A stretch of 64,000 nt of DNA from Candidatus Poribacteria bacterium (GTDB taxonomy: Bacteria > Poribacteria > WGA-4E > WGA-3G), in contig CAXXUA010000002.1 in assembly GCA_963663765.2 (NCBI GenBank), positions 160,001 to 224,000 on the forward strand, read 5' to 3'. The notes under the pieces are model-generated. The model did not search any database. It was given only the letters and a program-made list of their open reading frames with translations, and was not told the DNA's origin. The position numbers and the translations under genes were made by a program. Numbering within the stretch: the first letter of the stretch is position 1; each line of letters starts with the position of its first letter. Of this stretch, positions 29,524 to 37,834 are shown piece by piece.

Positions 29524-30945
29524 CTGACATACTCCCCAAGCTAAAGCATGGGGGTTCTTAGTTCTTATATTGGAAACGGTTTGAGTTTTTTCCAAACGAC
29601 TTTTCCTGCTTCCGTGTCTCGTGCCCTTTCCTGAACAGCGTTGGGTCTTATTTGCACTCCACAGGCGTGACTTTCGGTGTGTCCCACCGTAGTTGGTTTC
29701 AAGTTTATTGCAGCGTTGACATCTCTATCTATAGACATATCACATTGACTGCAGTGATACATTCTTTCTGAAAGTGTTAGGTCTTTCTTTTGGTGTCCAC
29801 AACCGGAACAGGTTTTACTACTTGCAAAGAACATATCTGCTTCTTTGACAGGTATACCGTGCACTTCTGCTTTTGTCTTGAGTTTTAGCAGGAAACCGCC
29901 TAATGCTGTATCTGACAATGCTTTTGCGAGGTTTCTGTTCTTCAGCATATTAGTAACCTTGAGTGTCTCAATACCGATCGCAGATGCAAGGTTGACAATC
30001 TCTGTAGTTGCTTTATGATGTGCATCGTTTCGGATACAAGCGATACGATAGTGGATACGTTCTAACTTGTGTTTTTGTTTGAACCAGTTGTTAGACTTGA
30101 AAACTTTTCTACTTAATCTACGTTGTTCTCTTGCTAACTTCTTTTCATATCGTTTCAGGGGTCTTGGATTATCATATTTCGTGCCATCACTCAATGTGGC
30201 AAGTGTGTTGATGCCTACATCTATACCAATCACAGGGTGCGTTGAGTTATCAACTGCTTCGGTGTCCTCTGTTTCTATGGTGATAGATACAAACCAACGA
30301 TGTGCTGTCCTTGAGATCGTCACTTTCATAATCTTACCCACAAAACGCAATGATTCAAACATGCTAATCCAACCAATCTTAGGAAGTTTGATACGCTTAC
30401 CTTCAACTTCTACAGATTGATTATTTGTGGTGAATGCGTCCTTTTTGCCACGCTTCTTGAACTTCGGAAATCTCGCACGCTTACCAACCCAATTCGCAAG
30501 CGCAGCAGACAAGTTACCAAATATGCTTTTATTGGCTACAACCTGATCCATATCTTTAGTCCAAGTATGTGCTTTCTTAGCAATATTAAATCGAGTGTTT
30601 AACTTCGCAGCGGATAAGAACTCATCATTTGCCAATGCAGACTTGAAATCTGCTAATGCATGATTATATGCAAATCTCGCATAGCCACACTGTTGTGCAA
30701 ACCATTTTCGTTGATTGTTATTTGGATTCAATGTAATCTTATGTGTTTTTAGCATGATGATATTCCAGTCCTATGAAGACGTCAGTTCCCTCTACTAAAG
30801 GTGTGTAGGTGTTAGTAGCACCTACACTGAACTGGTATAATGAGTATCTCATGTTTTAAACCAAAAATCAAGTTTTTTCTTGACACAAGCACTTAGCACG
30901 ACTACATCCCACTACCTAAAGGTAGGGGGTTTGTCGTGATTCTTG
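29524..30945 (-). mobile_element. IS200/IS605-family tnpB-only (IS1341-like) element
   Basis: Subterminal hairpins at both ends. The right end reads GAAC-hairpin-...TCAG; the left boundary after TTAT is approximate. No TSD and no tnpA. Confidence 0.8.
29565..30755 (-). CDS. tnpB: RNA-guided endonuclease TnpB
   Basis: HTH, RuvC-I GIDVG, RuvC-II IETL, CSGC/CSQC zinc finger, RuvC-III DRDVNAAINL. Confidence 0.95.
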   Translation of the reverse strand: MLKTHKITLNPNNNQRKWFAQQCGYARFAYNHALADFKSALANDEFLSAAKLNTRFNIAKKAHTWTKDMDQVVANKSIFGNLSAALANWVGKRARFPKFKKRGKKDAFTTNNQSVEVEGKRIKLPKIGWISMFESLRFVGKIMKVTISRTAHRWFVSITIETEDTEAVDNSTHPVIGIDVGINTLATLSDGTKYDNPRPLKRYEKKLAREQRRLSRKVFKSNNWFKQKHKLERIHYRIACIRNDAHHKATTEIVNLASAIGIETLKVTNMLKNRNLAKALSDTALGGFLLKLKTKAEVHGIPVKEADMFFASSKTCSGCGHQKKDLTLSERMYHCSQCDMSIDRDVNAAINLKPTTVGHTESHACGVQIRPNAVQERARDTEAGKVVWKKLKPFPI

Positions 30946-30977
30946 ATAATTCGTGAAAAATATTTGACTAACCTTTT

Positions 30978-31979
30978 CTAATATCTTAGTGGTGTTGGTA
31001 AGTCGGGACCGAGTACTGGTTGTCCTGCTTTTCTATATCTATCAAGAAGATCACTGTTTACACCACTTATGGCTTTACCTCTCCATACAGAGATAGCTCT
31101 TGCTATGAAAAGATTTGAGGTATCAACCGCTGCCTTCTGTGAGCGTTTAAACGCTTCTAATGCTTTCTCGTAATCACCCATTTGGAAATAACACAAACCC
31201 TCAACACCGAATAGTAGATAACGTGGGTCTAATTCTTGTGCTTTTCGGGCATAAATGAGAGCTTCTTCGGGATTTGGTCCTAACAGACACTTTGCAAGCT
31301 TGTGCAACACCCATGGATGACTCGGGTTCATCTGGTATAAACGACGAGTTCCTTCTGTTTTTTCTATACCATAAGGATTTGCACTACTTCCGCCTGCATA
31401 TACCCAGGTGAGTAGTGTATCAAAATCATCAGGATCCTCAGCATACGCAAGGTTCACCAATCTTGAGACTGAGGAACCAACTGCACCACCGTCCATTTCA
31501 ATTATTTGCCGCATGGATGTTACAAGACCATTTTCACCATTATTCCGAAAAAATTGCATCATTTGTTCATTATATTCTTGATTAGTTATTTTATTTGTTC
31601 TTCGAGCTTCAACCAATTCCCTTGATCTTTTCGCTCGACTAATCCACACTTCTACAGAAACAGTGAGCGGATCCCACGGTAAAGGAACTCCGCCTTTATT
31701 TTCGCGTGCAAGCTCAATATATTCGACACCTTTCAGGGACGCAAGGTAATCCAAATCACGGAAGTACTTTGCAGATAACTTTGCTGTTTTTCCGCGTGGT
31801 TTGGGTTTTGTTCCATTTTGTTTTACGTCAGAGAATATAGGTGTATCATCTGAGGTTACTTGTTTTGAAGACTCAACAGGAATATCTGAATTTGTCTTCT
31901 GTCCATATCCTGAACACCCACCAAAAATAAGTATTGAAAACATCAGTAAAACTGTCGAGTTCTTTATGCAAAATTTCAC
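30978..31979 (-). CDS. Lipoprotein with C-terminal TPR repeats
   Basis: Lipobox FGGC; GLCYFQMGDYEKALEAFKRS TPR. Confidence 0.75.
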   Translation of the reverse strand: MKFCIKNSTVLLMFSILIFGGCSGYGQKTNSDIPVESSKQVTSDDTPIFSDVKQNGTKPKPRGKTAKLSAKYFRDLDYLASLKGVEYIELARENKGGVPLPWDPLTVSVEVWISRAKRSRELVEARRTNKITNQEYNEQMMQFFRNNGENGLVTSMRQIIEMDGGAVGSSVSRLVNLAYAEDPDDFDTLLTWVYAGGSSANPYGIEKTEGTRRLYQMNPSHPWVLHKLAKCLLGPNPEEALIYARKAQELDPRYLLFGVEGLCYFQMGDYEKALEAFKRSQKAAVDTSNLFIARAISVWRGKAISGVNSDLLDRYRKAGQPVLGPDLPTPLRY

Positions 31980-32044
31980 TGTTTTCTTCCTATTGTTGGT
32001 TAAAGTTTAATAGTTGATAAAATTCACTATAAAATTCACACTCA

Positions 32045-32800
32045 CTATCCAAAGTTACCATTTACATAATCGTAGGTGGATTTTTCTGCAGGATTCTCTG
32101 AGAAAATTACATCTGTATCGGCTATTTCTATCAGGTCCCCGTTTAGCATAAAAGCGGTGCGGTGTGCCAAACGTTTTGCCTGCTGAACCAAATTCGTAAC
32201 AAGTAGAATTGTCATCTCATCTTTTAGTTCTTTGAGGACATCCTCAATACGCATCGTTGTTATAGGGTCAACAGCGATAGAAAATTCATCAAGACACAGT
32301 ATTTCAGGTTGATGGGAAAGTGCTCTGGCGATGGTCAAACGTTGCTGCTGCCCCCCTGATAGTTTTGTCCCAAGGCTATCTAAGCGATCTTTGACTTCAT
32401 CCCATAGTGCTGCTTGTGTTAAACATCGTTCAACGATTTCATCTAATTCGACTTTATCCCGAAGTCCTGACGTTCTCGGGGCAAATGCAACATTGTCATA
32501 GATAGACAGCGGCAACCCCACAGGCAACGGCAGCACCATACCTACTCGTTTTCGTAACCCATGCACATCAGCAATTGAATAGATGTCAACACCATCTAAC
32601 TTAACTGAACCTTCAACAGAAATGTCTTGCGTAAATTCCAGGGTTCGGTTGATAACTTTTAACAACGTCGTTTTCCCTGACTGCGCTGGACCGATGATGC
32701 CAAGGATTTCGTTTGGATAAACGTCTAAGGAGATCCCGTTTAATGCTTGGGTCTCCCCATATTTTACCTTAAGGTCGGTAATCTCAATTAAGTTCTGCAA
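32045..32800 (-). CDS. pstB: Phosphate ABC ATPase, first copy
   Basis: GPAQSGKT, intact LSGGQ, LDEFS, H-loop VTN. Confidence 0.85.
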   Translation of the reverse strand: MQNLIEITDLKVKYGETQALNGISLDVYPNEILGIIGPAQSGKTTLLKVINRTLEFTQDISVEGSVKLDGVDIYSIADVHGLRKRVGMVLPLPVGLPLSIYDNVAFAPRTSGLRDKVELDEIVERCLTQAALWDEVKDRLDSLGTKLSGGQQQRLTIARALSHQPEILCLDEFSIAVDPITTMRIEDVLKELKDEMTILLVTNLVQQAKRLAHRTAFMLNGDLIEIADTDVIFSENPAEKSTYDYVNGNFG

Positions 32801-32835
32801 AGTTTCCTCACCCTGTTAACTCTTTGTAGTTTTCA

Positions 32836-33156
32836 CTAAACTTTCTCAATAAATTTATAAAGTTTTATACTTCCTAAAACTATACCAACGAGAAATACTA
32901 CACCAATTATAGTACCAATTGCCGTAGTTGCTAAGAAGATGAGTTTCCCACCGGATGTCATGGGTCCCATATCCGAATAACCGACTGTCGTTAAATTAAG
33001 AAAGATAAAATACAATGCATCAAAAAATGAACCAAACATCTGTGGTTGTTCATCTTTTTCAAAATAGTAGAGACCATATGCCATAAAGAAAACCAATACT
33101 AACATCAGTAATAAAACTGTTAAGCATAATTGAAGTATTTTATTCTTGCTTTTCAT
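32836..33156 (-). CDS. Pore-only 2-TM potassium-channel-like protein
   Basis: TM-pore-TM layout with filter TTVGYSD. The ATG at 33156 is preferred because it follows a GAGGA-like tract. Confidence 0.75.
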   Translation of the reverse strand: MKSKNKILQLCLTVLLLMLVLVFFMAYGLYYFEKDEQPQMFGSFFDALYFIFLNLTTVGYSDMGPMTSGGKLIFLATTAIGTIIGVVFLVGIVLGSIKLYKFIEKV

Positions 33157-33895
33157 TTTCTTTTTCCTCTTCTTCTTGTAGTTCTTCTTCAACCCTTGCC
33201 TCAGTTAGAACGGATGCCAACAAACCAGATGGTATAGCAATGAGTCCAACTCCTACTAATGCAACTACAGCAGTAAAGATTTTGCCGCCAGGAGTAATTG
33301 GATACACATCACCATAACCGATTGTTGTTAGCGTCACAATTGCCCACCACATAGCATCAGGAATAGATCCAAAATCATCAGTTTGCGCATCTTTTTCAAA
33401 ATACCAGATGCCGCATGCAGCCAAATATACAAACAATGAGGATAGAATTACAAGTGCCAGAAGCTCCCTTTTGACTTCAGCTAATGCTTCAATCATTCTA
33501 TCCACTGCTAAAATGAATCGTGTCGCTTTAAAGATTCTAAAGATTCGTAAGAATCTGAGCACACGAAGCACACGAAACCCAGGGATTAGCACAAGAGATG
33601 GTAAAATTGCAAGTAGATCAATAATCCCAAAAAAACTAAATATAAACACCCTTTTAACAGGAGCTGCGTAAATACGTAATATATATTCTACTGTAAAAAG
33701 TGTAAAAAACGTCCAATCGGCAATTACAAAATATATTTTATAGTTATTACTAAGATCTTCTTCGGTTTCAAGCACGAAAACAACTGCTGAAGCGAGAATC
33801 AGAAATTGAATGAGTCCACTCAAAACAGGACCTTCAATGATTTCTCCTATTTTTTTCTTAACATCAGACTGTCCTTCATTTTCAACTTTCAACAT
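33140..33895 (-). CDS. 6-TM voltage-gated-type K+ channel
   Basis: S4 RVLRVLRFLRIFR; filter TTIGYGD. Confidence 0.92.
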   Translation of the reverse strand: MLKVENEGQSDVKKKIGEIIEGPVLSGLIQFLILASAVVFVLETEEDLSNNYKIYFVIADWTFFTLFTVEYILRIYAAPVKRVFIFSFFGIIDLLAILPSLVLIPGFRVLRVLRFLRIFRIFKATRFILAVDRMIEALAEVKRELLALVILSSLFVYLAACGIWYFEKDAQTDDFGSIPDAMWWAIVTLTTIGYGDVYPITPGGKIFTAVVALVGVGLIAIPSGLLASVLTEARVEEELQEEEEKENEKQE

Positions 33896-33994
33896 CGGTA
33901 ACTTCCATATTTACGCCTATCGGCGAGATAGAAATCCTCTGTAGGAATTTGAGGATGCCAGTCTTAAACACCCATCATTCCCATATCTGATAGG

Positions 33995-34912
33995 TCACCA
34001 CTTCTTTCGTGTTCTAAGATATACCCTTAACACAATTGCAGCTGCATTAACAAGTAACACACTCCCTACAAGGACAATAGCTGTCCCATAAGGAATGCCT
34101 TCTGTCACATCAGGTACTTGTGTAGAAATCGTATAGAGGTGTAATGAGAGTGCCATGCACTGGTCTGTTATATTATATGCGAAAACGTCACCTTCTGCAA
34201 TAGCTTTATAGAATACAGCACCAGTGAACATTATCGGTGCTGTTTCACCCGCTGCACGCGACACTTGTAAAATAACACCTGTTAAAATACCACTTATGGA
34301 ATTTGGCAACACGATGCGTCTGATGGTTTGCCAACGCGTAGCACCAAGATTCCAACACGCTTCTCTGAAAGACATCGGTACTGCTTTGAGTGCTTCTGTC
34401 GTACTTGCAATAATTACAGGAAGTGTCATAATCGCTAATGTGAGAGATGCAGCCAAAATTGACTCTCCTAAACCCGCAAATAACACAAACGCACCGACTC
34501 CGAACAGTGCATGCACAATACTTGGAACTCCAGCAAGGTTCACGACTGCTAAGTTGACGATACGTGTGAACCAGTTTTCACGCGCATATTCGTTAAGATA
34601 GACTGATGCAAAAACGCCAATGGGTGCTGCGACCATCAACGATACCACTACAAGATATATTGTTCCGAGGAATGGTGCCCACAGCCCGCCACCACGCATG
34701 TTGTCTTTAGGATTTGTGAATAGAAAGTCTAACGACAGAACAGGTATCGCTTTATAAAAAAGGTACCCGATGATTAAAAGTAACGGTAAAATCATCAGAC
34801 AGGTCATTACAAAAAAGAATAATTTAAACCCATTTTCAATAAATCGGTTCCTGCGCCCGATGTCTGTTTCGGTAAACATTTTCTCAGCTGTAATGCTTGT
34901 GTTCTGATTCAT
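33995..34912 (-). CDS. pstA: Phosphate ABC permease PstA
   Basis: NLAGVPSIV, EAA loop and RAAGETAP motifs. Confidence 0.93.
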   Translation of the reverse strand: MNQNTSITAEKMFTETDIGRRNRFIENGFKLFFFVMTCLMILPLLLIIGYLFYKAIPVLSLDFLFTNPKDNMRGGGLWAPFLGTIYLVVVSLMVAAPIGVFASVYLNEYARENWFTRIVNLAVVNLAGVPSIVHALFGVGAFVLFAGLGESILAASLTLAIMTLPVIIASTTEALKAVPMSFREACWNLGATRWQTIRRIVLPNSISGILTGVILQVSRAAGETAPIMFTGAVFYKAIAEGDVFAYNITDQCMALSLHLYTISTQVPDVTEGIPYGTAIVLVGSVLLVNAAAIVLRVYLRTRKKW

Positions 34913-34934
34913 ATAATTCCTATAGTTACATGTC

Positions 34935-36212
34935 TTAACTTTGTCGAATACCCTTAATAACTAAGTCAGCAATAAGGTTCACTACAAAGGTAATAGTAAA
35001 AAGTAAAATTCCGATAATAAACAGGACTTGGTAATGTTCATCGCCTCTTGCGACTTCTCCTAATTCTGCTGCGATGGTTGCTGTTAACGTGCGAATCCAA
35101 GAAAGCGGTCCTGATGGTATGTTCACTGAGTGGCCTGTCGCCATCAACACTGCCATCGTTTCTCCTATTGAGCGAGCCGCTCCGAGCAAAACCGCTGCCA
35201 ACAACCCATTTTTTGCTGCAGGTAAAAGCACACGGTAAATCACTTGCCAGCGAGTTGCACCCAGTGCTTCAGCCGCTTCCCTATAGGAGTCTGGTACCGC
35301 TTTTAGCGCATCCTCTGCAATAGAAACGATGATTGGCACGCTCATTAGTGCTAACATAATACCACCGTTTAACATTGTCAGACCAATGGGGGCATTAAAT
35401 ACTGCAATAATCATCTGATTCATCAATGTCAAACCGATGAATCCCCACACAACGGAAGGTATCGCAGCGAGAAATTCAATGACGATTTTGAAAACTTCTT
35501 TCAACTTTGGACTGCAAAATTCTGAAACAAAAATCGCTGCACCAAGACCAAATGGGACTGCTATCAACATCGCTAAACCAGTTACACTGAATGTTCCCAA
35601 TATTAATGCTAAAGTTCCATATCTTTTGTTGTTGAGAGATGTTGGATACCACTCTTCGCTTGTAAGAAACTCCCAAATATCTAATCCTTTAAACAGGAAA
35701 CTTGCACCTTCTTTAAACACAAAGATAAAAATACCAAAAACAAATATGATTGAACTAATACCACATAAACTGATGTATACATCAATGATAGATTCGGAAG
35801 ATGTTTCTGAATCCGGTCCAAACTGATTGCTACCTTCAGTCCCTTTAACAATACCCAATTCATAAATTATCCAAAACACATTAATCAATAACACAATAAG
35901 AATGAGATGGAACGATATCCAAGAACCAGCAAATAACGGTGTTGAAAAAAGAAATATTGTTATAATCAGAGGTAAAAGGTGAAGTACTATCCAAAAAGTA
36001 GGTACATCTTTGTCATGCCAACGTTTCGTAGATACTGCTAAATGTATCCAGACAAGGATTAATAGGGGAATAGTTCCGAACGTTATTTTCGTATGTAGGT
36101 CATATACAGAAATGGATACTGCAAAGATAACTATTATTGGCAAATTCAGCAACCACCAAGCTGCCCTATTGATTCTACCTTTGAACGAAAAACACACACG
36201 TAAAAAATTCAT
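34935..36212 (-). CDS. pstC: PstC permease with N-terminal DUF805 domain
   Basis: FSFKGRINR/KRWHD/NQFGPD (DUF805) in frame with LAAIPSVV and RSIGETMAV (PstC). Confidence 0.88.
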   Translation of the reverse strand: MNFLRVCFSFKGRINRAAWWLLNLPIIVIFAVSISVYDLHTKITFGTIPLLILVWIHLAVSTKRWHDKDVPTFWIVLHLLPLIITIFLFSTPLFAGSWISFHLILIVLLINVFWIIYELGIVKGTEGSNQFGPDSETSSESIIDVYISLCGISSIIFVFGIFIFVFKEGASFLFKGLDIWEFLTSEEWYPTSLNNKRYGTLALILGTFSVTGLAMLIAVPFGLGAAIFVSEFCSPKLKEVFKIVIEFLAAIPSVVWGFIGLTLMNQMIIAVFNAPIGLTMLNGGIMLALMSVPIIVSIAEDALKAVPDSYREAAEALGATRWQVIYRVLLPAAKNGLLAAVLLGAARSIGETMAVLMATGHSVNIPSGPLSWIRTLTATIAAELGEVARGDEHYQVLFIIGILLFTITFVVNLIADLVIKGIRQS

Positions 36213-36230
36213 ATATTGCTGTAAAATCCT

Positions 36231-37154
36231 TTAGTTGGACGATAAAGGTACAAATCCAAGTTCTTCAACAATCTTTTGCCCTTCTGATGATAGAATCCAG
36301 TCCAGATAGACTTTCGCTTCACCTACCGGTTCACCGAGAGAATACATATACAAAGGACGTGCAATTGGATAAGTCTTTGCGATCACATTGGCAAGATTCG
36401 GCGCGTAATACGGTTCACCGTAGGCAGATGAAACCTTTACCATTTTGACATGATCGGTTGCATACCCCATTCCACTATACCCAATCGCACAGGGGGTACG
36501 ACCGATTACCTCCACAACATCTTTAGACCCGTGTAAATCCAATGAACCAAGTTCAAAATCACGTTCTTTACCCAATAGTGCTTCTCTAAAATAGAAGTAA
36601 GTACCCGAATTGGACTGCCGACTTATACGGATAATTCTGTCACTCCGACATCCAGAATTTGCTATACCGAGTTGATCCCATTTGGTTATAGTACCTGACT
36701 CGCCGTATATTTCTGCAAGTTGTGGAATTGTAATATTGTCCAAGGGATTATCTTTATGGACATAAACCGCGAGTGCGTCGTAACCAACAATATACTCAAT
36801 GGGTTCTTTACCTGTGTTTTTTAAAGCTTTCTGTTTTTCTTCTGCCTTCACTTGACGACTACAGTTAGCTATATCTACCGTCCCATTGATCAATGCAGCT
36901 ACACCCGTACCTGACCCTCCACCTGAAACCTCAACAGAAACAGTATCAGATATACCGGTATATGTTTCTGCCCAAGCTTGTGCCAGATTCACCATCGTGT
37001 CAGAACCCTTGTTTTTTATTTTTGTGTGCGCATCTCCATTAGTCACACCGTTCCCCGCATCTTTATTTGATGAACTACTGAAGATGAAAAAACTATACAA
37101 AGTTATGACAAGAATAATGACAACACCAAGACTCTTCAGATGACTTCTATTCAT
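36231..37154 (-). CDS. pstS: Phosphate-binding protein PstS
   Basis: KGSDTM, GGGSGTG and SRQSNSGT motifs. Confidence 0.95.
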   Translation of the reverse strand: MNRSHLKSLGVVIILVITLYSFFIFSSSSNKDAGNGVTNGDAHTKIKNKGSDTMVNLAQAWAETYTGISDTVSVEVSGGGSGTGVAALINGTVDIANCSRQVKAEEKQKALKNTGKEPIEYIVGYDALAVYVHKDNPLDNITIPQLAEIYGESGTITKWDQLGIANSGCRSDRIIRISRQSNSGTYFYFREALLGKERDFELGSLDLHGSKDVVEVIGRTPCAIGYSGMGYATDHVKMVKVSSAYGEPYYAPNLANVIAKTYPIARPLYMYSLGEPVGEAKVYLDWILSSEGQKIVEELGFVPLSSN

Positions 37155-37186
37155 AAATATTCCTCAAAATTGAAATTCTGTCATTA

Positions 37187-37195
37187 ATTATATCA
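37187..37195 (-). promoter_or_regulatory. Extended -10 promoter of pstS
   Basis: TGATATAAT on the minus strand, about 30 nt before the pstS start. Confidence 0.55.
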
Positions 37196-37252
37196 CGCAA
37201 ATGTTACGAAAATAAGACATTATAGATATAGTTTCTGTCACATCTTGTATAT

Positions 37253-37578
37253 TATGGTAGATTATGGAATTAATTACACACTTGTACAGGAAGGAGCGAT
37301 TCGGGGAATGTCTAAATGGCATTCCCCGAATCGCTCCTATGAAAAATAAGAATAGAATACTTATACCAATTCAAATAAATCTTGTCTCATTAAGGAATTC
37401 TACTGTTTACTGGCAGGGGGTTACTCTCTTCGGTAGGAGCGACCTCCCGGTCGCGACCGTGAGGTCGCTCCTACCAGATTTCCGCTGCTAATGAGACATT
37501 ATCACATGAAAATGGTATTACATGACAACCAATATAATAAATTGTAGAAATGTAAACTTATTTTCAAATTTCATAATA
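37253..37578. mobile_element. TA-bounded MITE containing a nested element (37364-37517)
   Basis: Right part matches 19817-19908. The insert has TACCA...TGGTA ends, subterminal TGTCTCATTA/TAATGAGACA and a TTA duplication. Confidence 0.7.
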
Positions 37579-37579
37579 A

Positions 37580-37701
37580 AAGGACTTACGCACCGAACGG
37601 TAGGCGTGCTTTGTAAGCGCGCTGGAAACCTAAATAATGCTGAAAATATCATCATTTTCGTCGTAATTCTTGACTAAAACATGAAAACTGCGTAAGTCCT
37701 G
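37580..37701 (+). mobile_element. MITE, CAGGAC family (empty allele)
   Basis: TIRs with first base C>A; AATAA on both sides. Confidence 0.88.
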
Positions 37702-37706
37702 AATAA

Positions 37707-37820
37707 AAGGACTTACGCATACTCCCTTGATAAGGGGGTTTAAAAGTCGTTATTTCACTAAATTTAACCCTCTAAATCTCCCTTATCAAGGGGACTTTAA
37801 GAGGAAATGCGTAAGTCCTG
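37707..37820. mobile_element. MITE with CAGGAC TIRs but unrelated interior
   Basis: AGGACTTACGCAT...ATGCGTAAGTCCTG enclosing CCCCTTGATAAGGG/CCCTTATCAAGGGG. Confidence 0.82.
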
Positions 37821-37834
37821 ATAAATTAGAAAAA

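Noticed and set aside
29565-30755. Cas12 effector or IS607 element
   Set aside because: There is no CRISPR array or serine recombinase, and the hairpin ends are IS200/IS605-type.
30783-30834. Hammerhead ribozyme or purine riboswitch
   Set aside because: The junction has almost no unpaired bases and lacks CUGANGA/GAAA or a purine-binding core.
37179-37243. Pho box (CTGTCAT-like heptamers)
   Set aside because: They lie on the strand opposite to pstS, periodicity is imperfect, and part of the signal is the -10 element.
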